Below are positions 18,433-25,989 of a stretch of 32,000 bases of DNA, one piece after another. Position numbers and translations under genes: made by a program. A model generated the notes under the pieces. That model did no database searches. It had not been told where the DNA came from and was given only the letters and a program-made list of their open reading frames with translations. Every line of letters begins with the position of its first letter. Position 1 is the first letter of the stretch. The stretch is from Acaryochloris marina S15 (GTDB lineage: Bacteria; Cyanobacteriota; Cyanobacteriia; Thermosynechococcales; Thermosynechococcaceae), in NCBI RefSeq assembly GCF_018336915.1, contig NZ_CP064923.1, forward strand, positions 5,250,001 through 5,282,000, given 5' to 3'.

Positions 18433-18531
18433 ATGGGCGGAGAAATTTTCACTACAGCATTTCTTTGTTTTTCGCTGATATTAGTGGGTATTGGCCTGGG
18501 ATATTTACTACTAAAGGTAGCCCCCGACTAG
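18433..18531 (+). CDS. petM: Probable cytochrome b6f complex subunit PetM (32 aa)
   Basis: Not in the ORF track. It translates to [32 protein letters not shown]. This resembles filamentous-cyanobacterial PetM as I recall it (M..E....A.LSFGLIFVGW.LG.LLLK.QG.E). The match is from memory, not from an alignment. Confidence 0.55.
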   Translation: MGGEIFTTAFLCFSLILVGIGLGYLLLKVAPD

Positions 18532-18623
18532 ATCTGCCACGCTTGTGATTAGAACTTTTGGATTTTGTCTTTATATCTTGCCTTTGAGCTGACAGCACAA
18601 GACATCAAAGACGCTGTATTGGT

Positions 18624-19715
18624 CTAGACATTAAACCGGAAGAGCATCACATCTCCTTCTTGAACGAGATAATCTTTACCCTCACTGCGGACTAATCCTT
18701 TTTCCTTAGCAGCAGTGAGGGATCCATTATCGACTAAGTCTTGATAACCAACGGTTTCAGCTCGAATAAATCCCCGCTCGAAATCCGTATGAATCACCCC
18801 AGCAGCTTGAGGAGCTTTGGTGCCGATGGGTATGGTCCAAGCTCGACTCTCTTGGGGGCCAGATGTAAAATAGGTTCGTAGCCCCAAAAGTTTATAGGTG
18901 GCATGGATAAGGGATATTAAGCCCCCTTCTTCCACCCCTAAGGCTTCAAGAAAGTCATTGCGCTCTTCATCGGTTAGTTCAACTAATTCAGACTCCACTT
19001 GGGCTGACATAATCACGGTTTCGGCTGATTCAGCAGTTGCAACCCCACGCACTTGTTCCACCCATTCATTCCCCGTGGCCAAATCATCTTCGGACACATT
19101 GGTGGCATAAATAATTGGCTTCAGAGTTAGCAAGCCTAAATACTTAATTATTTCTTGCTCTTCAGAGCTTAAATCAGCCTGACGGGCGGGTTGTCCTTCA
19201 TCCAGCGTGGCTCTAAGCTTTTCTAAAATTTCTAGTTCGGCTTGCGCCTCTTTATTATTACGAGCAGTCTTTTTGGTTCGCTCCATTCGTCGCTCAATTT
19301 GGGCTAAATCTGCCAAACTCAGCTCCAAATTAATCACCTCAATATCTCGCACAGGATCAACAGAACCGGCAACGTGGATAATGTCATCACTGTCAAAACA
19401 GCGCACCACATGGACAATGGCATCGACTTCACGGATATTGGCCAGAAACTGATTGCCTAACCCTTCCCCTTGACTCGCGCCCTGGACTAGCCCGGCAATA
19501 TCCACAAACTCAACCCGTGTGGGAACCGTTTTGGCAGATTTAGACAATTCAGATAAAGTTTGTAAGCGCTGATCAGGAACAGAGACAACGCCTACATTGG
19601 GCTCAATGGTACAAAAAGGGAAATTAGCGGCCTCAGCTTTGGCATTAGCGACTAAGGCATTAAACAAGGTTGATTTACCAACGTTGGGTAGCCCAACAAT
19701 ACCAGCTCTTAACAT
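18624..19715 (-). CDS. ychF: Redox-regulated ribosome-binding ATPase YchF
   Basis: GIVGLPNVGKSTLFNAL, DIAGLVQGAS and the C-terminal TGS-like GKDYLVQEGDVMLFRFNV are present. Size is 363 aa. Confidence 0.9.
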   Translation of the reverse strand: MLRAGIVGLPNVGKSTLFNALVANAKAEAANFPFCTIEPNVGVVSVPDQRLQTLSELSKSAKTVPTRVEFVDIAGLVQGASQGEGLGNQFLANIREVDAIVHVVRCFDSDDIIHVAGSVDPVRDIEVINLELSLADLAQIERRMERTKKTARNNKEAQAELEILEKLRATLDEGQPARQADLSSEEQEIIKYLGLLTLKPIIYATNVSEDDLATGNEWVEQVRGVATAESAETVIMSAQVESELVELTDEERNDFLEALGVEEGGLISLIHATYKLLGLRTYFTSGPQESRAWTIPIGTKAPQAAGVIHTDFERGFIRAETVGYQDLVDNGSLTAAKEKGLVRSEGKDYLVQEGDVMLFRFNV

Positions 19716-19840
19716 GGGAAGGGATGACTCAAATCATGGGCTCAAAGACATTATGAAGACAACACATTCAGATCATCTTGAGAAGCGATGCGAATGTGAC
19801 TCATAATCCTTTGCCATTAAAACATGCATGAACCCTTTAC

Positions 19841-21295
19841 ATGAGCACTAATCAACAGGAAGCTCCCCTTTGGCAGGCCCTATATGACTGTGCCCAGTCT
19901 AGCCAAGTTGCATTTCATACCCCTGGTCATAAAAGAGGACGTGGGCTACCTGCTGCTATTCTTCAGCATCTCGGCTCCTTTCTAGGCTCAGTTGATCTAC
20001 CTGAACTACCCGAGTTAGATAATCTCTTTGCCCCCGAAGCGGCCATTCTAGAAGCTCAGGTACTAGCGTCACAACTCTTTGGGGCTGAGCAAACCTGGTT
20101 TCTCACCAACGGTTCGACCTGTGGGATTCTGGCAGCATTGCTAGCCATTTGCGGTCCAGGCGATCAGATCATCGTGCCGCGCAATCTTCATATATCCGTC
20201 ATTTCTGGTCTGGTTCTCTGTGGCGCAGTTCCTATTTTTGTGCAACCGGCTTTGGATCAGCAGCTCAACTTAGCCCATAGTTTATCAGTGCAGGATATTC
20301 AGCTCGCGTTCGAGGTCTATCCTCAGGCCAAGGCTATCTTCTTGATCCATCCCACCTATGAAGGGATTTGCGGAGACATATCGGCCATCGCCACTTTTGC
20401 CCATGATCACGGCATCCCCTTGATCGTCGATGAAGCCCATGGACCCCATTTTGCTTTTAATCCTCAATTCCCTCAATCTGCTCTCGCAGCTGGTGCAGAC
20501 CTAACCATACAATCCACTCACAAAATGCTGGGAGCATTGACACAAGCAGCTATGCTCCATGTTCAAGGTCATCTCGTCGATCGGCAACGGCTCAGCCAAA
20601 CCCTACAGCTGGTGCAATCCACCAGTCCTAATTATCTACTGCTGGCCTCTTTGGATGCCGCTCGCCACCAGCTAGCCCATACTGGATTTGAGATAATGCA
20701 GCAAGTTTTAGTCCTAGCGGACAAAGCACATACTCAACTACAGTGTTTGCCTAACTATCACCAATGGAATCCAATTGGCAGCACCCCCGGCTGTATTGCC
20801 CTTGATCAGACTCGTCTCACCATTCCGACTTATCCATTTGGTGCCCAGGGATATGACCTGGATCAAATGCTGATCGACAGTTATCAGATTTCGGCTGAAC
20901 TCATCACACCAGACCATCTCACCTTCTTGATCACGTTAGGCAATACGGATGCTGATATTGATCGACTACTCCTAGCATTGCAAGATCTTTACCAACCTCA
21001 TTTACAGCCATATCCGCATTCCTATCCAAAGGCTAAGCCGCCTATCTCTTTACCTGTGCTATCTCCTAGAGAAGCCTATTGGCATCCATCAGAGGCCATA
21101 CCGATCATGGAATCTGTCGGCCGGGTCAGTACTGAGAGTATTTGCCCCTATCCACCTGGCATCCCCACACTGCTCCCTGGAGAAAGAATCCAGCAGCAAG
21201 ATTTAGACTGGCTTTTACAACTTCAACAAGAGGGGGGAGTGATTACAGGGGGGAGTGATTTGAGCTTTAATACCTTAAAGGTTGTGAGAGAGTAG
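19841..21295 (+). CDS. Orn/Lys/Arg decarboxylase-family PLP enzyme (fold type I)
   Basis: FHTPGHKRG, IVDEAHGPHF and the PLP-lysine motif QSTHKMLGALTQAAMLH are present. Size is 484 aa. Confidence 0.8.
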   Translation: MSTNQQEAPLWQALYDCAQSSQVAFHTPGHKRGRGLPAAILQHLGSFLGSVDLPELPELDNLFAPEAAILEAQVLASQLFGAEQTWFLTNGSTCGILAALLAICGPGDQIIVPRNLHISVISGLVLCGAVPIFVQPALDQQLNLAHSLSVQDIQLAFEVYPQAKAIFLIHPTYEGICGDISAIATFAHDHGIPLIVDEAHGPHFAFNPQFPQSALAAGADLTIQSTHKMLGALTQAAMLHVQGHLVDRQRLSQTLQLVQSTSPNYLLLASLDAARHQLAHTGFEIMQQVLVLADKAHTQLQCLPNYHQWNPIGSTPGCIALDQTRLTIPTYPFGAQGYDLDQMLIDSYQISAELITPDHLTFLITLGNTDADIDRLLLALQDLYQPHLQPYPHSYPKAKPPISLPVLSPREAYWHPSEAIPIMESVGRVSTESICPYPPGIPTLLPGERIQQQDLDWLLQLQQEGGVITGGSDLSFNTLKVVRE

Positions 21296-21299
21296 TAGC

Positions 21300-21920
21300 G
21301 TGAGCAAACAGCGACAACCTATGCCCTCCCCTCCTTGGCCCTATACCAGTCCTGGCATCCCAGATGAACTCTTTGAGCGTTTACCTGGAATCCCCATGAC
21401 ACAGCGGGATACCCGATTATTATTAATCTCACAATTGCGGCTGACGACGGATACAGTACTGTGGGACATTGGTGCAGGAACTGGCACCATTCCCATTGAA
21501 GCAGGCTTACTCTGTCCCCAGGGACAAATCATTGCCATCGAGCGGGATGAAGAAGTAGTTAATCTCATTCAAGCGAATTGTGATCGATTCGCAGTTGAGA
21601 ATGTCGATATTATTCAGGGCAATGCTCCAGGCTGTTTGGATGACCTCCAACCTCAACCCACTCGAATTTGTATAGAAGGGGGACACCCCATGCAAGAACT
21701 GTTGAGAACAGCATGGAGTCATCTGCAAACTAATGGACGATTGGTGGCATCTGCATCTAGTCTAGAAACGCTGTATATCATTTCTGAAACCTTTTCTTCC
21801 CTTCATGCTCGCAACATTGAAGTCGTTCAGTCCGTCATCAATCGTTTGGAGACACGTGGCACGCGCCAATTGTTTGCTGCTGTCGATCCTATGTTTATCT
21901 TGAGCGGTGAGAAACTTTGA
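21300..21920 (+). CDS. cbiT: Precorrin-6Y C5,15-methyltransferase (decarboxylating), CbiT-type subunit
   Basis: GIPDELF...PMTQRDTRLL and the SAM motif LWDIGAGTGTIPIEA are present. The start is GTG at 21300, 4 nt after the upstream stop; ATG at 21321 is an alternative. Confidence 0.75.
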   Translation: MSKQRQPMPSPPWPYTSPGIPDELFERLPGIPMTQRDTRLLLISQLRLTTDTVLWDIGAGTGTIPIEAGLLCPQGQIIAIERDEEVVNLIQANCDRFAVENVDIIQGNAPGCLDDLQPQPTRICIEGGHPMQELLRTAWSHLQTNGRLVASASSLETLYIISETFSSLHARNIEVVQSVINRLETRGTRQLFAAVDPMFILSGEKL

Positions 21921-22114
21921 ATCTGACCGTACTTAAAGTATAGTTTTTCTCTTTCAAGAAGCTTGAAACTTAAAATAATTTACTTTTGGCATATAGAAAG
22001 ATAATTTCGGCCAAATTTATGTCAGTTTTTATCCTCTGACAATATATTCTTCAATCTAATTCTTTTAGCTCTCTTGGCTATCAATAAACTGCAATTATAT
22101 CTGACCACAATGAG

Positions 22115-22133
22115 ATATCGATAGAATCGATAT
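22115..22133. promoter_or_regulatory. Perfect 8-bp inverted repeat ATATCGAT-AGA-ATCGATAT in the AT-rich spacer
   Basis: Read directly from the sequence. The arms are 22115..22122 and 22126..22133. Confidence 0.3.
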
Positions 22134-22311
22134 AGTGCAGAATCAAGCGATGATGGCAGCTAAATATGTGCGACAGAAGGAATGTATGACCTTCTTGAGC
22201 ATCTTAATATCTAAAAATTGCTCGAAATAATTATTTACAAGGATATTCAGCGATCTTAATCCTTATTATCCCTTTTTAACCACGGCTCTGCTTCAGAATG
22301 CTTCTTTATAC

Positions 22312-22329
22312 TGACCTAATAATAGGTCA
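22312..22329. promoter_or_regulatory. Palindrome TGACCTA-ATAA-TAGGTCA; shares its ACCTA...TAGGT core with the site at 22459
   Basis: 16 of 18 positions are self-complementary. It lies about 250 nt upstream of ATG 22577. Confidence 0.3.
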
Positions 22330-22458
22330 CTGAAGTTTCGTCGCGAGTACCCATAGAGATGCCTATACAATCTCTTCTATCTGCATCGAAATCTATAAAT
22401 GCAGAGATACGTTCTTCCTATCAATACTGAAAAAACTACTAGGATTTATAAGTAGTAA

Positions 22459-22474
22459 ACCTATTCAAATAGGT
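22459..22474. promoter_or_regulatory. Palindrome ACCTATT-CA-AATAGGT; second copy of the ACCTA...TAGGT core
   Basis: 14 of 16 positions are self-complementary. It lies about 100 nt upstream of ATG 22577. Confidence 0.3.
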
Positions 22475-22576
22475 GCTACTGAAAATTGTTCTGAGCTATA
22501 CTTGTCAAGGCAATTAAAACTTCTATGTATCCATAGAAAGAATGCCGGGATTGATGTTTCTGAGATCGTTGACGGA

Positions 22577-24136
22577 ATGCTGCCTCTGTTTGCAACTTTA
22601 TGGATCCAACAGCCGAACTTATCTTTAGAGACACCTCATTCTGTATCCCAGACGCCTGTCCAGCCTCAACTCTCTTCAGATCGAGATGGGTGGGTTGCCC
22701 AAGCTTCTCGCCCTTCTTTAAAACGCCAAACGAATCGACAAGCATCACGGCAAGGGATTGAGTTTCGCACCTTGCCTGGCAGGCTCGATACAGTGCCTGT
22801 TTTCAACAGCAATAGTCCTGAAGTGGTCAGACGGTCCGGAATTTTGCTCTCTACATTTCCACCTCGGGGTAAACGTCAAGCCAAGGCCCATCTCAATTTT
22901 GCTTTCAACGGTCGATTTGATATTTTTGCCCATCACGTTGCCAAGACCAATCGGCCGGATGATACCCCCACGTTTTATAAAGGCATCCTGTTATATAATC
23001 CCAGCCGAACCCGCAGTATTACGATTAAAGTCTTACATTCAGCGACATTTCTGGGCAATCCTGATGCGCCCTACATTGCCCTCCCCCCTCAAGTCAGCAA
23101 TGATTTGGGCAAGGTTTTTTCGGGACCGGGTGGACGAGTGGTCGATCAGATTCTGAGAAGACGCCGTCAAACCCATTGGCCCCCTGTTATTTATTTACGC
23201 CCTGGACAAAGCAAAATGCTGATGAACCTACCGATTCCGGTTCCCAGCTTATCGGCTAAAAAACCCGTCCGGGGTCCCAAAGCTCAAAAATTACTGAAGC
23301 TGAGTGCAGCTAAATTACCCCTCAGAAATATTGCGCCATCCTCAAATACTCGCTCCACTCTGGCTCATTTGCAGAGTAGTGGGCCAGTATATGCCGCCAG
23401 TATGGCCATGCTAGCCCCACTCAATCGCAATGGAACCGAAAAAATTCCCACGAAGAAAGATTGGGAAAAACTTTTGATTAATGGTGAGCTGCTCTCTCCT
23501 CGGGACAAGCCTCCTTCTCCTTTAAATCAAAGAACCGATCCATTTTTCTATGGTCGGGTCGCTGGCGTCAGTCGCGGATCCCTCTGGAAAGCACAAGTCA
23601 CAGATGATCTCACCAGTAAAGAACTAACGATTCCTAGGCCCGGTCGCTCGTTTGCCTATGGATTGAGCACGCTACAGCGAGGAACCTTTGGGACAGGACA
23701 GGTCCAAAGTGCTCCGATGCTAGTGAGATATCCTGATACAGCTTATTTAGCCCATGGGAATTATGGGGTTCATTACGATTTAACCTTACCCTTCCATAAC
23801 CCCAGTAAAAAGCCTCGACAGGTCGATATTGCTATTCAAACGCCTCTCAAACATGACCGCAAAGGGGTAGGTCTTAATTTTTGGCGATCAAAAACAGCCC
23901 CAGTTTTTTTCCGGGGCACGGTACGGGTACGATACAAAGACGATGAAGGCAATTCCCAGTTGCGTTATTTTCACCTGGTTCAAAAACAAGGCGAAAAAAG
24001 TCAATCTCTGGTGACGTTAAAACTGAAACCAGATGAACGGCGGTTGGTTCAGGTGGACTATGTTTATCCACCCGATGCCACTCCTCCTCAAGTGCTAACG
24101 GTTAAAACGGATCTTTTCTTTGGCAGTCGGAGCTAA
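22577..24136 (+). CDS. Conserved-looking hypothetical protein of about 520 aa, function unknown (possibly a cyanobacterial DUF family; not verifiable here)
   Basis: It is a long uninterrupted ORF with normal codon usage, Lys/Arg/Pro-rich and probably beta-rich. It contains LPGRLDTVPVFNSNSPEVV and YGVHYDLTLPF. The start is ambiguous: the first in-frame ATG is at 22577, while the track uses TTG at 22502. Neither start gives a classical signal peptide. Confidence 0.6.
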   Translation: MLPLFATLWIQQPNLSLETPHSVSQTPVQPQLSSDRDGWVAQASRPSLKRQTNRQASRQGIEFRTLPGRLDTVPVFNSNSPEVVRRSGILLSTFPPRGKRQAKAHLNFAFNGRFDIFAHHVAKTNRPDDTPTFYKGILLYNPSRTRSITIKVLHSATFLGNPDAPYIALPPQVSNDLGKVFSGPGGRVVDQILRRRRQTHWPPVIYLRPGQSKMLMNLPIPVPSLSAKKPVRGPKAQKLLKLSAAKLPLRNIAPSSNTRSTLAHLQSSGPVYAASMAMLAPLNRNGTEKIPTKKDWEKLLINGELLSPRDKPPSPLNQRTDPFFYGRVAGVSRGSLWKAQVTDDLTSKELTIPRPGRSFAYGLSTLQRGTFGTGQVQSAPMLVRYPDTAYLAHGNYGVHYDLTLPFHNPSKKPRQVDIAIQTPLKHDRKGVGLNFWRSKTAPVFFRGTVRVRYKDDEGNSQLRYFHLVQKQGEKSQSLVTLKLKPDERRLVQVDYVYPPDATPPQVLTVKTDLFFGSRS

Positions 24137-24140
24137 TTGA

Positions 24141-24872
24141 ATGAAACCTAATGTTGAAGTTTTTGCAGATCGATCACAGTTAATAAAACGTGCCCTAGAA
24201 CTGACCCTCGCTGAAATCAAAGATGCGATCGCACAACGAGGACGCTGCACCATCGCCTTAGCCGGGGGAAACACACCTAAGCCCCTATATGAACAACTCG
24301 CCCAACAAAACCTACCGTGGCAAAATATCCACATTTTTTGGGGAGACGAGCGGTATGTTCCGATTTCTGATCCGCAAAGTAATGCGGGCATGGCCACCAA
24401 AGCCTGGCTCAACCATGTGGCTATTCCCCCCAGCAATATTTATCCTATGCCCACCCAAGCTGCCGATCCAACGGAGGCGGCTCAAACCTATGACCAGCAG
24501 CTACAGACTTTTTTTGGCACTGGCCCCAAGGAATTTCCCAGCTTTGACATCGTATTGCTAGGCTTGGGACCTGATGGCCATACCGCCAGCCTATTTCCCC
24601 ATACCGATGCGCTACAGGTTTGCGATCGCAACGTCACCGTTGGCAACAAAGACGGTCAACCTCGACTGACCTTAACCGTCCCCGTTCTTAACCAAGCTCG
24701 ATGCATTGTCTTTCTAGCAACAGGCGCGAATAAGCAAGACGCCTTGACTGAGATTTTTGCAGAGACTGCTGATGCCACCCACTATCCTGCTCGCTTAATC
24801 CAGCCTATGAATGGCAAACTCTCATGGCTACTAGATGCTGCAGCAGGAGAACCTCTACAGAAGTACATATAA
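24141..24872 (+). CDS. pgl: 6-phosphogluconolactonase
   Basis: IALAGGNTPKPLYE, FWGDERYVP and LLGLGPDGHTASLFP are present. Confidence 0.9.
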   Translation: MKPNVEVFADRSQLIKRALELTLAEIKDAIAQRGRCTIALAGGNTPKPLYEQLAQQNLPWQNIHIFWGDERYVPISDPQSNAGMATKAWLNHVAIPPSNIYPMPTQAADPTEAAQTYDQQLQTFFGTGPKEFPSFDIVLLGLGPDGHTASLFPHTDALQVCDRNVTVGNKDGQPRLTLTVPVLNQARCIVFLATGANKQDALTEIFAETADATHYPARLIQPMNGKLSWLLDAAAGEPLQKYI

Positions 24873-25144
24873 GTCATGGGTGATCCTAACCGCCTTGGCC
24901 CCAGAATCCGCATCCAATCAGAGGATCAGATTAAGTGCCACAAATGGGTACACTCAATGAGACAAGATCAAACCGTCTGAAATCATGGTTGCTGGGTTGC
25001 TGTAGGGGTTAACAACCCATGTTGCAGACCATAGTTGCCATGAATATCTCGTGTACTATGTGAAAAGCGGTATTTTTATATCTTAAAAAGCCTCTCTTGT
25101 ATAGACATTACTGGGACGTTTTATCACCTATTGAGCTAACGATT

Positions 25145-25159
25145 CGATAAGTCTTATCG
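25145..25159. promoter_or_regulatory. Perfect 15-bp palindrome CGATAAG-T-CTTATCG upstream of the FHA operon
   Basis: Read directly from the sequence. It lies about 60 nt upstream of ATG 25218. It is too tight to be an RNA hairpin, so it is more plausibly a dimeric protein-binding site. Confidence 0.25.
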
Positions 25160-25217
25160 GCAGCCTTAATTTGACTATGATCGGGGAATTTTTTGACGGG
25201 GGAGATAACTACAACCT

Positions 25218-25985
25218 ATGATTATTTGTCCCAATTGTCTCCACCAAAATCCTGATAGTGCTACGACTTGTGAAGCTTGCCAGAGTGCCTTGCCCTCTAC
25301 AAGTAGCTGCCCCAACTGTGGAGCATCCATTCAAGTTGGGGCACAGTTTTGTGGCCAATGTGGATTCAATCTGTTGGACGCCCCCAATGAGTTAGATGAA
25401 ATCATCGCTCTCACCACCGAAACACCAGAAGCTGAACCCGCTTCCAGCAACAATCCATTTATTTTTCCCGATCCTCAACCCCCAGATCCCTTAGTCATGC
25501 CGGATCTGATGCCGCCAGAACCAGCGGTAATACCCCCCTTGCCCGTTGACTTACCTTCCCTAGATAATGAGCTGCCTCCATTCGAAGCGCCTCCATCTCC
25601 CGCTCCGGCTTATCCTGAACCCGCTTCGCCGGGTACGCCCAGAACTCAACTCCAACAGCAGACGATTCAGTTAGTCCATGTTCAGACCAACGCAGTGATT
25701 GATCTATCCCCGACCCTTGATCGGATCCATATGGGGAAACCCAACGATCGAGTTCCCCCCGACATTGACGTGTCAGGGTTCCCGAATGCTGAAGTCGTTT
25801 CTCGCGTTCATGCTGATATTCGGGTCGAAGGGGGTCATTATTTTATTGAAGATGTCGGTAGCTCAAATGGGACCTACATCAACAGCATTCCTCTGTTACC
25901 CGGCAATCGGCATCGCCTACGCATCGGCGACCGCATCGCCCTTGGCAAAGGCAATCTAGTCACTTTTCTATTCCAACTTAACTGA
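25218..25985 (+). CDS. fraH: FraH-like protein: N-terminal double zinc ribbon, Pro-rich linker, C-terminal FHA domain
   Basis: It has four CxxC pairs (CPNCLH...CEACQ...CPNCGA...CGQCG). A linker of about 90 aa is Pro-rich. The FHA signature is IHMGK...VSRVHADIRVEGGHYFIEDVGSSNGTYIN. The same architecture is described for Anabaena FraH. Confidence 0.7.
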   Translation: MIICPNCLHQNPDSATTCEACQSALPSTSSCPNCGASIQVGAQFCGQCGFNLLDAPNELDEIIALTTETPEAEPASSNNPFIFPDPQPPDPLVMPDLMPPEPAVIPPLPVDLPSLDNELPPFEAPPSPAPAYPEPASPGTPRTQLQQQTIQLVHVQTNAVIDLSPTLDRIHMGKPNDRVPPDIDVSGFPNAEVVSRVHADIRVEGGHYFIEDVGSSNGTYINSIPLLPGNRHRLRIGDRIALGKGNLVTFLFQLN

Positions 25986-25989
25986 TAAC

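Noticed and set aside
21952-21968. The TTTCAAG-AAG-CTTGAAA hairpin after cbiT, as a possible terminator
   Set aside because: It is a 7-bp AT-rich stem with a 3-nt loop and no following T-run. It is plausible but not convincing as an intrinsic terminator.
22150-22230. A 26-codon ORF (MMAAKYVRQKECMTFLSILISKNCSK) in the AT-rich spacer
   Set aside because: It has no SD, has AT-rich random-looking composition, and no feature distinguishes it from chance ORFs.
22476-22936. Minus-strand ORFs of 90 and 63 aa overlapping the start of the 520-aa orphan gene
   Set aside because: They overlap a much longer ORF with better codon usage. They are probably shadow frames.
24095-24436. A 113-aa minus-strand ORF opposite pgl
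   Set aside because: It is antisense to a clear 6-phosphogluconolactonase gene.
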